A stretch of 64,000 bases of DNA from Carcharhinus amblyrhynchos. Taxonomy: Eukaryota. Position numbers and translations under genes: made by a program. Where the stretch lies: contig OZ336890.1 in NCBI GenBank assembly GCA_965287045.1, positions 22,630,001 to 22,694,000 of the forward strand, in the 5' to 3' direction. Below the pieces are notes generated by a model that saw nothing but the letters and a program-made list of their open reading frames with translations, had not been told where the DNA came from and searched no databases. Positions 36,715 through 50,493 of this stretch are shown one piece after another (the stretch's first letter is position 1; each line of letters starts with the position of its first letter).

Positions 36715-39700
36715 AAGAACAAAGAACAATACAGCACAGGAACAGGCCCTTCAGCCCTCCAAGCCTGTACCGATCATGTGTTCCTAGCTAGACCATCCGT
36801 TTGTATCCCTCCATTCCCAGTCTGTTCATGTGGCTATCTAGAGAAGCCTTAAATGATCCTAGCGTGTCTGCCTCAACCACCTTGCTTGGTAGTGCATTCC
36901 AGAACCCCCCACCCCCCACCCCCCACCCCCCACCCCCCCACATAAAAGAAGTCGCCACATATCTGTGTTGAACCATGCCCACCTCTTTCTCTTCCCCCCC
37001 CGCCTTGAACTTGTGGCCCCTTGTGTTTGTCATTTCTGACCTAGGAAAAAGCTTCCAACTGTTCACCCTGTCTATGCCCTTCATAATTTTATAAACTTCT
37101 ATTAGACTGCCCCTCAACCTCTGTCTTTCCAGGGAGAACAACCCTAGTTTATTCAATCTCATCTCATAGCTAATAGCCTCCATACCAGGCAACATCCTGG
37201 TAAACCTTTTCTGCATTCTCTTCAAAGCCTCCACATCCTTCTGGTAGTGTGGCAACCAGAACTGGACATGGTACTCCAAATGTGGCCTAACCAACATTCT
37301 ACATAACTGCAACATCATATGCCAACTTTTATACTCTATGCCCCATCCAATAAAGGCAAGCATGTCATATGCTTCCTTCACCATTTTTTCCACCTGTGCT
37401 GCCATCTTTAAGGATCTGTAGACTTGCACACCCAGATCCCTCTGTGTGTCTCTTCTCCTGATGGTTCTGCCATTTATTGTATAGCGCCCCCCTATATTAG
37501 AACTACCAAAATGCATCACTTTACATTTATCTGGATTAAATTCCATCTGCCATTTCTCTGTCCAATTTTCCAGTTTATTTATATCTTGCTGTAATCTCTG
37601 ACAATGTTCATCACTATCTGCAACTCCAGCAATCTTTGTGTCATTGCAAACTTACTAATCAGACCAGTCACATCTTCCTCCAAATCATTTATATATATCA
37701 CAAACAGCAGAGTTCCCAGTAAAGAGCCCTGCAGAACACCACTAGTCACAGACCCCCAATCATAAAAAGACCCATCCACTGCTACCCTCTGTCTTCTATG
37801 GCCAAGCCAGTTCTGTACCCATCTAGTTAGTTCACCTTTGATCTTGTGAGATTTAATCTTTTGCACCAGCCTGCCATAAGGGACCTTGTCAAATGCTTTA
37901 CTAAAATCCATGTAGACAACATCCACTGCCCTTCCCTCATCAATCATTTTTGTCACCTCAAAAAACTCAACCAAATTTGTCAGGCAAGACCTCCCTCGTA
38001 CAAAACCATGTTGTCTATTGCTAATGAGACTATTCGGTTCTAAATGTGTATGGACCCTATCACTAAGGATCTTGTCCAATAATTTCCCTACCACAAACGT
38101 CAAGCTCATTGGCCTATAATTACCTGGTTAAGTTCTTCCCTGTTTGAGTTCTTTTCTACTTTCTCTGTATTCCTCTAATACTTCACCTGTTTTTAGCTGC
38201 CTGGACCTTAATGTATGCCTCTTTTTTCTTTTTGATTAGACCCACAATTTCTCTGGTTATCAGTGGCTCGCTCTCGAATCCTACCATTCCTGTCCTTCCT
38301 TTTTACAGGCACATGCCTTCCTGCACTTCTATCAACTGCTCCTTAAAAGATTCCCACATGCCAGATGTGGATTTACCCTCAAACAGCCTCTTCCAATCAA
38401 CAGCCACCAAATCCTGCCTAATCCGGCTGTAGTTAGCCTTTTCCCAATTCAGCACCTTACCTATAGGATGACACTCATCCTTTTCTATGACAGTCCAAAA
38501 GTTTACAGAATTGTGGTCACTGTTTTCCACATGTTCCCCCACTGAAACTTTGATGACCTGACCAGGCACGTTCCCCCGTACTAGGTCCAGTATAGCCCTC
38601 TGTCTAGTTGGACGATCAACATATTGTTCTAAAGAACCTTCTTGGACACATTTTACAAATTCCTCCCCATCCAGACCCCCAGCCCCAATGAGGGAAATTA
38701 AAGTCTCCCATTACAACAACCCTATCTTTTCTATACCTGTCCAGAATCTCCTTACATGTCCGTTCTTCAACTTCCCATGGGCTGTTAGGAGGCCTGTGGT
38801 ATACCCCGAGCATAGTGACTGCTCCCTTCCTGTTTCTGAGCTCTACCCACAGTGTCTCGTTACACGATCCTTCCAAATTGTCCACCCTCCATACTGCTGT
38901 AATATGCTCCCTAACCAGTATTGCTACTCCCCCACCCCTTCTAGCTCCTCCTCTGTCTCGCCTAAAACACTTATACCCCGGAATATTCAGCTACCAGTCC
39001 TGTCCTTCTTTTAACCAAGTCTCTGTCACTGCAACCACATCCAAGTTCCACACATGCATTAAGGCTCTAAGCTCATCTGTCTTGCCTGTTACGCTCCTTG
39101 CATTGAAACAGATGCACTCCAGACCTTCAGGCCCACTGAGTTCATCCTCCCCCAGATATCTCTTCCCCTTTGGTAGCCCTGTCCTGGCCCCATGCTTGTC
39201 ATCAGTCTCTACACTTGCTGACCTATTGTTCTGATCTCCACCCCTCTGCTACATCAGTTTAAACCCACCCGAACCACACTAGCAAATCTCCCAGCCAGGA
39301 TATTGGTGCCCCTCCAGTTCAGGTGTAACCCATCCTCCTTGTACAGATCCCATCCTCCCTGGAAAACTTCCCAGTAATCCATGAATCTGAAACCCTCCCT
39401 CCTGCACCAGTTCTTTAGTCACGTGTTAGCTGCACAATCTCCCTGTTCCTAGCCTCACTAGCATGTGGCATGGGGAGTAATCCAGAGATTGCTACCCTAG
39501 AGGTCCTGCTTTTTAGCCTTCTACCTAACTCCCTAAATTGCTTTTGCAGGACCTCTGTGCTCTTTCTGCCTATATCATTTGTACCGATGTGGACAATGAT
39601 GTCTGTCTGATTATCCTCCCTTTTAGGATGTTTTTTACTCACTCAGAGACATCCAGGACCCTGGCACCAGGGAGGCAGACTACCATCTTAGAGTCTCATT

Positions 39701-39908
39701 CGCACCCACAGAACAGCCTGTCTGTGCTTCTAACTATTCAGTCCCCCACTACTACTGCTGTCCTATTCTCCCCTTTCCCTTCTGAGCCAACTCCGTGCCA
39801 GACACCGGGTCACAGTGGCTTACCCCAGTATCCAAAACAGTGCACTTATTTTGGAGGGGAACAACCACAGGGGACCCCTGCACTGAATGCTTCCTCTCCT
39901 GACTGTCA
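36715..39908 (-). mobile_element. Near full-length but defective CR1 LINE (ORF1 esterase, APE endonuclease, RT, 3' UTR) with an internal deletion near 38130
   Basis: ORF1 IVHIGTND. APE motifs CFNARS..VAVTETWL, GVYHRPP, VMGDFN and SDHN. RT motifs QHGFVRGRSCLTNL, MDFSKAFDKV, QGSLLG and SKFA. Tail (TTCTTTG)n. Multiple stops and frameshifts. Confidence 0.95.
39254..39790 (-). pseudogene. CR1 ORF1 SGNH/GDSL-esterase-like domain, disrupted
   Basis: AVVVGD*IVR (the GDS serine codon is now TGA), CLPGARV, and DIIVHIGTNDIGRK..FRELGRRLKSRTSRVAISGLLP. An esterase domain in CR1 ORF1 is established. Confidence 0.85.
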
Positions 39909-41304
39909 TTTGATTCTTAATCAGATGTTTTTATCATTTAACAATAATTGATTGACTGGTGTATACCTTAATTGAGTCCCTAAACTACCAATCTTTCTAG
40001 CACATCAGATAAACTAACTCAAATTAATGAGGGGATAAATTAAAAAGGGCAGTTCCCAAAAAAGAGGGGAACTGCCTGAAATAAAATACAAAGTGAAAAG
40101 GAAACATCAAATCAAAATGTGATTAAAGGGGACACTGATACAACCCAATCCCTGCAGTGCCCAGCAGGCACAGAAGGTGTTAATGGTTACCTGTACACTC
40201 CCTCTCGTCTCTACACTACCTGGACTCTCAGCAGTATTTATTGCAAAAGAGTCTAGTCTCATATTAATTGAGAAATTGGGTGAAAGACCAAATCCCACCA
40301 AAATTTGGCTTTCTGTTTGTGCCAGGCCTTAACTGCCTCAAATTGAATGAAATGGAGAATCCTACTTTTACAAGAAACAAGACAGTGTACTAATACAAAG
40401 GTGCTCTGTGCTCTTGACTTGTTCTGGGTCACTGATGCCTGTTTTCAGCCAATCAGGACCACATGCCTTTCAGTGAACCTTTGCTCAGTCATTTTCAATA
40501 TATGCTACAGTGTGTAAAAACTCTTGAGAAAATGCACACAACAATCCGTTTTCAAGGTTTCTTTTAAAGCCACGGTTACATTATAAGAGGTGGGTAGATT
40601 TACAAAGTAAAATATGCTTTCTATGCTTTAGAATATGGCTAACTGGATTAACAAATTGAATGTCAGGTATAACAGTGAAACAAAATATTTGTCCTTCTAT
40701 TTCATTATTCACTTGTGTAGATAGACTTTTTCCTGATTTTTCTTAGTTAATGTATTGTTGATAGAAGATTACAGGAACAAACCAGAGTAGTTCCAGTAAC
40801 TGGACAGATTTGATTTGCAAAATTTAGAAGATGGATGCAGCCCTGGCATACTCGATGTAAGGAGATATCGAGAGCTGTGTTTACTAAGTGCATTGTAATG
40901 GTTCCAACAACCATAAAACACAGTGCACACAAGTGATAATAATGATGATGGGGTTGTTGGGGTCTCCAGGGTTCCCCAGATCAATATTGAAGAGATAATA
41001 TAACGTTTATGAAATGCTAAAGTGGTAGAAGCCTAACTGGCACTGTGTTATATAGAATGTTATGTCACTTTTCATCAGTTGCTTTGGTGCTTGAAGAATT
41101 TGAAAGTGCAAGTCTGCTGACAGAAAAGGATTCACAATCTCAGGAAACATACCAGGATGTGATATAATGATGGCTTGGATTTTGTGGTCAGTGGCATTCG
41201 AAGGATGCTTGCCCACTGACCTTACTGAAAATTTACTTTGAGAGATCTAGCAACCTCTGTGATGAGAACCTTAACCATCTTGACGTGAAACTGAATGTTG
41301 CGGG

Positions 41305-41584
41305 GGAGTGACACGGTGGCACAGTGGTTAGCACTGCTCCCTGCCAGGGACCTGGGTTCGATTCCTGGCTTGGGTGACTGTCTGTGTGAAGTCTGCATGT
41401 TATCCCCATATCTCCCCGGATTTCCTCCAGGTGCTCCGGTTTCCTCCCACAGTCTGAAAGACATGCTGGTTAGGTGCATTGGGCATGCTAAATTCTCCCT
41501 CAGAACAGGTGCCAGAGTGTAGGAATTTTCACAGTATCTTCATTGCAGTGTGAATGTAAACTACTTATGACTAATAAATAAACT
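41305..41584 (+). mobile_element. HE1-like V-SINE, type B tail
   Basis: Head and V-domain. Tail TTTTCACAGTATCTTCATTGCAGTGTGAATGTAAACTACTTATGACTAATAAATAAACT. Confidence 0.9.
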
Positions 41585-42949
41585 TACTTGTAACTGCAGT
41601 GATGTAATCAAACTGTTTAAGCAGTCAACAGCATTGAAGGATTCTAAAAGGTAGCCAAGAAATGGAAGACACAAAAAGTTACTTTTTTCAAATAAAATAG
41701 GAAGAGCAAAATAAAGATTGGGATATATAAACGGGGTGAAATTAGGAGCTGAAATATCATCAATTAAGGTGAGTATAAAATCTAATTTTTTTTAAAAAAG
41801 TAGCATACTGGAGACATTTAACAACATTCCACAAAAATAAAACTATTTTTCTAGGGTCAAATTGGTAGTTAAGCAATAGTTATTACTCTGAATAGTATTA
41901 AAAGTTCAATGCACCTCATTGGACAAGGCTTAACTTCTTAAAGGATTTTTAACATAAGTAGGAGTCGGAGAAGAGGAGGTTCACACCAAATCAATTGAGT
42001 ACACTGTTTACTGGCTCTGAGTGCAGGGGGAGAGGGGAGTGGGCAGTGATTAATAGACTGCAACAACAGGATTTCTGCATTAATCTGCTTGTGTGAAATC
42101 CTCAAATAATGGTCAGTGGTAATGATGGCAAATGCTATATTCACCATCAATAACCTGCAGGTTTCAGGTTAATGAAAACCTAACGTTGCTCTGTTTACTG
42201 CAACCAGAGGATCATGGCTTTGTTAATCCAAGTTGCATGCTGATTTTAATACTGAATATTTAAACAGTATATTTGTTTTGGAGTACAGATTATTTCAAGT
42301 TTCTTCCAGTATTATTCTAAGAGGAAACTTACAATGATAAATATACAGTTGCTTTTATGTTTATTCAATTCATTGCAGAATGTTAAAAAAACTTGGTAAA
42401 TAGTGCTTATCAGTACTGCTTCAGCATTTAATCTTCTACTCTCAGTTCTGAATTAAAAACTGAGGCCACTGATATGGATTATAATTATGAAACATTTTAC
42501 ACATGTAAAAAATTCATTGTTTCGTGCTGATTAGAACATTGGTGCCTGTAGCCATTTGTTACTGAATTGTTGAGAAATTCCAGCATTTTTCTAATGGAAA
42601 TATTTGAATATTAGAAAATTAGTAAATCACAAAATCCCATTCAAACATTGTAGTCATAGTTTGAATACTGTAGAGAAGAACCATTCATGCATGCAGCAGA
42701 TCTCCTCTGAGTTGCTTCGATTCCAGATAAATGGTCCCAAATTAATGTTTTGCTTTGAAATAGTGGCATTTTTATTGTAATGAAACTCATTTCTAAAATT
42801 TGTACACGCCTGTTAATACTAAAATAATGGCATAAAGGCCAGAGTGTCATGTCAAAGAAAAATGTTGTGTCTTCTAACAAAACAAAACAGAAATATCTAA
42901 AAACGCTCAACAGATCAAGTGACAACAGTAGAGAGAAGAGAAAGGCATT

Positions 42950-43373
42950 GGGCGGGATCCACCCTTGCCGTCTGCAGAGGCGGGGGCTCGGGCTCAAGAC
43001 CTGCGCAATCCAGGAATCACCATCCCAATTTTTGCCATCCCTTAATGGCAATGTGGTCAGATTCACACCCTTTATGGGGGTAGGATCTGACCATGGGGGA
43101 GGTTGGGAGGGAGAGTTGCTGGCTCTGATCACAGTGGACTGGGGTTGTTCGGTGGTTGGGGGGAGGGGGATAGATGTGCAGGCTCAGATTGGACTGGGAG
43201 AGGTGAAGAGGGCTCCCCTAAGACCACTGCAGTTGGAGGGGTGAGGGGGGCAGGGGGAGTTATCTTTGTCCTCTCATTGGGACTCCCTTTAAACAGTGTG
43301 GCCACCGGTCTCAGTGCAGTCGAGCTTTTTCTGACACATTGCCAAATTTTGGTACTATTTTAGCTGTGGATCC
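42950..43373. mobile_element. Possible GC-rich MITE or non-autonomous DNA transposon
   Basis: Abrupt GC-rich island with short inverted ends GGGCGGGATCCAC ... GTGGATCCTTC. Confidence 0.35.
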
Positions 43374-45336
43374 TTCATCCACGAAAGAATATTGTTACTG
43401 TCCTGTTAGCAAAATGTTTTGTTTAAAGTACACATAGTTTGAAATCCCGAGTATTTACTAAGAAAATAAAGCAACAAGGTTCTGCATTTTTTAAACAAAC
43501 AGAAAAGTTCACTATACAGTCAGAAAATTAAAACAATTTACAACATTTATTTGGTATTCCAACATACCGAGCTAACATGGGCTACATATGAATTAACAGG
43601 GAAACTATGGTTGAACATACTACACTGCACAATAAATGGCAGATGCAACCAAGTTAGGTCCCACAGACTTCTCAGCAACCCACAGATGTCAGTGTCTACT
43701 GTAATTTATGCAATGTCATTTAAACTCTGACATCCACATGAGGGCTTTTAAGCCTTTACTTCTGAAGATTTAGTTTCTGAATCCTCTCTAAAAGCCATTC
43801 CACATTGGATTGCCTCAATTCCTGACCCCCTCTTTGTGGTTTAATCTCTTCTCCTGAAACTTTGTTCCACTGGCTTTTGGAAGCTGCATTCGAAAACCAA
43901 CTCATGGGCACAACTCCAGCTCTTCAGCCATGCCAAGCACAAAGTTACCGCTCCAAAGGGGTACATTTGCCAAAGTGGTCCACATCACAGATCATCCGAC
44001 CTTCCAATGTCTTTTCAGGTGTCATGAGCTTCTCATGAGCTGTCATCACATGGACCCTGCCAACAGCAGCACATTTGCTGCCTGTAAAGTCTTCCTCAGC
44101 CTCCCAATGCACCTAGTCCCAGGGCTTCCTCTCCCCAATGGTTCCTCATGGTGATCTCTTCCCAGTAGCTCATTCTGCCATCGCGTTTCACAAGGACCTC
44201 CTATTCTGAATTCTCTGCTTGCGTTCACTCACTCTCTGTTCCCCCCCAAAATCTTCTTTGTATGTTGCCAAATCTGGGTCTGGTGTTCATTGCTTTTGCA
44301 CCATGCAGGTGCATTCCTGATGTTCCAGGATGGCTGTGAAAAATTAGAATAGAACAGGCTCAACCTAACATTCTCTGCACATGCCCAAAATTCTTGGGCC
44401 TGCTACACAATTGATAGCTCAGCCGGGTACAAGGTAAGTGGACATTTGTTAACAGTAGTAGTAACGCTATCCTTGTTATAAACTCTCTCCAGCCATGACT
44501 TCAAGAATGATGGAAACCGATGGCACAACTTCTTTTATAATAATGTTTCATATAAGTTGTCTACCACTTAAAGGTCCATGCCTGCATCATCTTACTTGGC
44601 TTTCCATCATTGTCAATTATTCACATCTATTGCTCATTTGTGAGTTTGTGAATCTTCAAGTGGAAGCACAATCCTATGCAAGCGTGCAGTCCTGTCTGAC
44701 ATCCAACTTGAACTAACTAAGGACTTTGCAGATCATACATTGATCCCCAGTGTGCTGATTACAGTGTTCTTGTTTCTTATCTCAATAATTATGCTGCTTC
44801 AATGACTTTCTGCTGGGATACATTAATACATTGCGCTCTTCAAAATGAACTGACAAAAGATCTATCTTCTAATTGCTCCCCAGTCAATAACCTGCACCCA
44901 TTTTTGCTGAAAAACAATGGTGTGTCTTTATTTGCATTGGAGTGACAGTCACACAGGCGAGCAACCATTTTGGTAAGGTAATTTTGACTGTTTAAAAACA
45001 GGTCAATGATAAAGTACAGAAAATATCAGCTCGCCTAAAAGTATTCTAGTGTCATTTACACAATTTTGAGCCAGCTATCTTTTCATTGCCAGCTTCTATA
45101 TGTTTGGAAAACACATTAATGATGACAGCTTCTAAAACTAAAATTCTCAGTCCATAGTTCAGTGTTGGAAACTGAGGACGAAGAGTCAGGCCGAATAACT
45201 TGGGTTGAAAGGAGCAGTTGAGGTTGAGCAGTCTGAGGGAGTTGAGTATTGGAGCTAGAAAGCAGCCCCCAAAATCCAGACCAGGAATTGGGAACTAAAG
45301 CCTAAAGCTGCAAAGATGAGCAAAACAAGACCAGAC

Positions 45337-45579
45337 TTGATTTGATTTATTATTATCACATGTATTAGTATAGAGTGAAAAATATTGTTTCTTGCGTGCG
45401 AAACAGGCAAAGTATATCGTTCATAGGGAAGGAAAGAAGAGAGTTCAGAATGTAATGTTACGGTCATAGCTAGGGTGTAGGGAAGATCATCTTAATGCAA
45501 GGTAGGTCCATTCAGAAACCTGATGGCAGCAGGGAGAAAACTGTTCTTAAGTTGGTTCGTACGTGATCTCAGACTTTTG
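45337..45579 (-). mobile_element. Rex1/Babar-like LINE 3' end
   Basis: Minus strand encodes KSLRSRTNQLKNSFLPAAIRFLNGPTLH*, like the Rex1/Babar RT.RLKNSFFP.AIRLLN terminus. The 3' UTR ends TTTTCACTCTATACTAATACATGTGATAATAATAAATCAAATCAA. Confidence 0.75.
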
Positions 45580-46070
45580 AGAGGAGGTTTGCTAGGCTGA
45601 TGCCAGAGTTGAGGGGCTTGAGCTATGAGGAGAGGCTGAATAAATTAGGCTTGTACTCGTTAGAGTTTAGAAGAATGAGGGGAGATCTCATTGAGACGTA
45701 TAAGATGATGAATGGGACGGATAGGATAGAGGTGGAGAGACTCTTCCCGCTCAGAAAGGATAGTAGGACTAGGGGGCACAGCCTCAAGATAAAGGGGGGG
45801 CGGTTTAGAACGGAGTTGAGGAGGAACTTCTTCACTCAAAGGGTGGTGAATCTCTGGAATTCTCTGCTCGTTGAAGTGGTGGAGGCTACCTCGCTAAATA
45901 TTTTTAAGACGCGGGTTGATGGGTTTTTGATAAGAGAGGGGATTAAGGGTTATGGGGAGAGGGCGGGAATGTGGAACTGAGCCAAGACAGATCAGCCATG
46001 ATCTTATTGAATGGCGGGGCAGGCTCGAAGGGCTAGTTGGCCTACTCCTGCTCCTATTTCTTATGTTCTT
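45580..46070 (+). mobile_element. Young CR1 3' fragment, (TTCTTATG)n subfamily
   Basis: Open frame 45600-45980 (PELRGLSYEERLNKLGLYSLEFRRMRGDLIETYK...). Nearly identical to about 59730-60220. Confidence 0.95.
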
Positions 46071-47440
46071 GTTATAAGCAAAGAGTAATCCAGTCAGATT
46101 TGTGAAATATACCTGCTATTTTCTTGGAGTGGTAATCAGCATTGGATTGCCAGTCTATGTACCCTATTACCCGCTGTGCCTATCTTGCCTGACCTTCCGG
46201 CTCGGGCTGGGTGACATCCAGACAGCACAGCATGTCTCCTGGCCTAATGTCAAAGTCCAGCACCATTGAAGCGAAGGAGAATATTCCCCTTTTCTAACAC
46301 ACTGGCTGTCATAAAGTAGGTAAGCTTAATGATTTGATTGAAAATGATAGGGTCAGACATTGGAGGGTGAGGAGGGGGGGCAGTGGGGGCCTGATCTGGT
46401 CAGGTTGGGAGAGGTCCAGCTGGGTTGGGGGGGTCTGATTAGACCATGGATCTGGTCAGATCAGATCAGCCTGGAGTTTTGGGGGTGTGGGTGGGTTATT
46501 TTTTCACAGGGTGTGGCCCTTCTAACTTTTTTAGAATAACTATTAGCATAACTCTGGTGGAATCATCCAAAGTTAGCAACTTAAATTGCTTTGCTGCATG
46601 GTTCCCAGTTCAGTGCAATTGCCCAAAGGAAGTTATGTCTTCTGGACAATTGCCGTGCAAATGGTTATTTTGAAGGTTCTGAGAAGGATTCCCCAATGCC
46701 ACTTTGGGGTATCCCCCAAGCCCAACAATGGGGTGCCTGGAAGTTTTGGCATAATGCCATCCATCTTCAGGAGGATTGTAAGGTAAGGATTCATTGTGTA
46801 TCTGCTACAACATAATAATTCCTATACGTGGCAGTGAAATGTGACCTTCCAGTAAGTAGGTGAAATGCAGCTTCTCTATAACTATTTCAATATAAAAAAA
46901 AATTTCCTGCCTCTAACGTAATTGCAGATGATGGAATTCAATCAACCTATGGTAATTAATCCAAGCAGAAGTTCAGTACTAAATGCAGCAATTCATTGGT
47001 TCTTAAATTATTCCAGAATTTTTACTTCTATTATTCGATTTGAAGTCCATTCCATCCATTAAGCACTCTTCTGTGTGGAAAAATAACTTGCTGTTATCAC
47101 CCCTAATTCTAAAGTGAGTTCCTTTCTCCTTTAAATGTCATTGATTGTGAAGTAAGTTTTGTATTTCCTTGTCTCACACCATTATATATTTCTTTTACTT
47201 CTATAAGTTCATCTTTTGGAAAGTGCCTTCCAAGTCAGAAAAGTCCAGGTATGTTCAATCATTTTAAAAAACTTAAACCTCCAGCAACAGTACAGATCAA
47301 CCTTATAGCCAATCTGAGCAGTCTATTGTTCGAGCATTTCCTTTGTGTCTTGATGATCAGAATTGAATCAGACATTCAAGGTATTGGCAAAGTACTGTGG
47401 ATACCTGGAAGAGATGTGGAAATGTGTTAAACACGAAGAT

Positions 47441-47618
47441 TAAGACAAAATACTGCAGATCCTGGAAGAGAAGTGACAGCGAGTTAAGCATTAAGAAAAG
47501 ACAAAATACTGCGGGATCTAACGAAGGGTCGTCCAGACGTGAAACATTGGCTCTATTCTCTCTCCACAGATGCTGTCAGACCTGCTACGGTTTTCCAACA
47601 TTTTCTGTTTTTGCATTC
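47441..47618 (+). mobile_element. Penelope-derived terminal repeat fragment with a decayed hammerhead-like motif
   Basis: CTAACGA-A-GGGTC-GTCCA-GACGT-GAAACATT, then TCTCTCCACAGATGCTGTCAGACCTGCT. Preceded by inverted remnants (CAAAATACTGCAGAT). Confidence 0.65.
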
Positions 47619-48951
47619 AATATATTGTCAGGCTAGAGAATAGTGCAGTTTGATCACGCATACATGTTACCCTCCCAGTATTCTGCACAATGGTGTCCCA
47701 AGAGCTCAGCAGCCAGCTTCCCTAACAAGATTAGGCTCCATCCCTCCCACTACTGGTGGGATTTGCATCCTTGCTCTTTAACTAAGTGCCCTACCAGGGC
47801 GACTGGGAATTCGCCCACAAAGCTGGCGCAATTCTCTCCTGTTTTCATGTTTGTTTGGCACAATATGTTTTGTAAAGCTCCATCCTCACTCTGTAAATTG
47901 CTTGAAAGATGTTATATCAATTTATCAGAAGATCAGTGTAAATCTGTTGTTTTTTTTCTCAATGTTTAGCTTTTATCTGGAGGATTAGAGTGTCCAACAT
48001 GCAACGTTTATGGATTAAACATAGAAAATACTGGAGAACATTTAGCAGGTCAATTCTGGATAGAGAAACAACGAATGGGCCAAACTTAATGGAGTCACGG
48101 TCAAGATGGACGATAGATCAGGACAATGGAGGCTATGTGTCCAACTTCTGGTGGTGGAAAATGTGTTCTGCATTTAGTTAGGGGTGGTAAGAGCCCAACA
48201 CTGGAAACCACTGCCTGGCAGTGGGAAAGCAATTCAGCTCATTCAAGACTCATTTGGGACCAATTATCTCTGAACCCACCATGACTTAACAGTGGCTCAG
48301 GGATTTACTTTGACTCATATGGGTCTCCCATGCTCTCCTGAAACCATCCAGTAAACCCTCTTTGATTTGCCAATTCCCTACCGGGGGAGGTGATGAGGGT
48401 GCCACAGGCCTAACCTCAGTGTCCAACTAAAGAAAGGAGCTTCTGGCATCAGAAAGGAGCAGGATTGCTGAAAGCCAATTTCCTGCTTTCAGACTCTATT
48501 CTGCTAACGTATGCCCCCAAACTCACCATTAATCACTTCAGTATGACTCACATCCCGCCACACTTACCCCTCTCCCGGGTTCCAGTGACAATCCCTGGTG
48601 AAGGGCTCACTATTATTGGCAGCATCCATTATTCTCAGTGGCATTTTGACATCTCATTGGCTGGCAGTTCTCGGGCAGGATTTCTGCTCTGCTGGAACCT
48701 TAATTCAGTGGAAGTCCTGATACTGCCCAGGTAACTGCCTAATTGCACTGAAAAAGCGTCAAGTCCACAGCCGACTCAGGACTCTAATAATTCACCAGCC
48801 AGTGAAAGTACCCCCATTGTGGTAACTAGATTCTGCCCATTGTATAAGATGGATAACCTTGTGTCAGAACTGAAAGATGCTAACAGATGAGGCGCAGGTT
48901 AGCCAGAATGCTTGCCAGCATTTTCTGTTTTTATTTCAGATTCCTAACATC

Positions 48952-49312
48952 TCTAACAAGACTAGATAGGGTAGATGCAGGGAGGATATTTCCTATGGTG
49001 GGGGAATCCAGAACCAGAGGTCATAGTCTGAGAATTCAGGATAAACCATTTAGGACAGAGGTGAGAAGATATTTCTTCACCAAAGAGAAGTGAGCCTGTG
49101 GAATTCATTACCACAGGAAATAGTTGATGCCAAAACATTGAATGTATTTAAGAGATGGTTGGATATAGCACTTGAGGCGAATGGGATCAAAGGTTATGGA
49201 GAGAAAGTAGGATTAGGCTATTGAGTTGGGCGATCAGCCATGATCATAATGAATGGCAGAGCAGGCTCAAAGGGCCAAATGGCCTCCTCCTGCTCCTATC
49301 TTCTATGTTTCT
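48952..49312 (+). mobile_element. CR1 3' fragment, same subfamily as 16735-17444
   Basis: LTRLDRVDAGRIFPMVGESRTRGHSLRI, with UTR ending CCTATCTTCTATGTTTCT. Confidence 0.92.
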
Positions 49313-50493
49313 GTGAAGCATTTTTTTGTACTGTGAGTTTGTGATTTATTTATCATTGAACCTTTGGTCGGTGAAATAGCAACAACGAGCCAGGTCTGTT
49401 GCTAAGAAATCCTTGATGTTTTGAGTCTGGCAGCATTGATTTCCAATTGTGTAGTTAAAGCTTTGCATATTTACCAACAGAACTTTCTGTTGAAAGCTTA
49501 AGAACGGCATGGATTGAGGCCTTTGGCAATTAGGAGAACCAGATTATTATCAATGTCTGAAGGTTTTTTTTTATAATCTCCCTCTTCCAGCTAGCGGAAT
49601 CCTGCTTCTTTGTGTAAATGGCCTTCTGAATGGGTCAAGTCATAAGTTTGCTTTTTAATGAGCCCGAAGAGGAGCACATTGCATGCGTTTATTCACTCGG
49701 CAGCTGTGTGAGATACTAATTATGCCCCACACACCCATTTTACTTCAATAATCATTAAATCCCACTCAGGAGGGAAGATCAGAGCTGTAATTATTTGTGC
49801 ATAAAGTAATAGATAAGAAAAAATGCATTCTCCTTTGATTAACGTTGGAATGAATAAAGTAATATAATTATAAATCATGCTTTTTGTGCATTCAGAGTAG
49901 GGACTGTAGCTGGCATACATTGCATAGTGGTTTCCCCCAGAGAAAAGGGTTTAAGTTTTGGGCTCTTTTTAATCCTCTTTAATCCTAGACAGGTCATATT
50001 TTTACTGACAAGTTATTACACAGAAGACAGTTTTCACTTCAGAAAGAGAAAAATCAATGATTGCATTTGTAGTGTTGGAATTATTTTTTCCCTGTGGCAG
50101 ATCTAAATAGACCAGATAGCAGTGACATGGATTGATGCATTGTGAAAATTTCATAGGTTCCATTAGTAGATCCTAATGCAGAATATATTCTGTGGAACCA
50201 CTGTTTGAAACAATGATACCAAATCAGCCACAGACTGATATGAATTACAGCAGAGCTGATGTTTGGTTGAGATAATAACTTATACTCAAATGGAAAAAAA
50301 AACACTCGCCTTTCCTGTTGCAGGCCTTTATTTTGGGATTTTCCCAGGATTTCTATTTGTTATATGTTTAATTAATTTCTTATTGAAATCTGTTCTTTCT
50401 GATTCTCTTTATTATGCAGCCAGTTATCCAAAGCTCATGCACGACAAATGAAGAGGGATATAAGGCTTAATCGCAGTAACCAATTCTATTAAT

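Noticed and set aside
41186-41222. Small hairpin GGTCAGTGG...CCACTGACC
   Set aside because: A single 9-bp stem with a bulge is within chance expectation, and there is no family motif.
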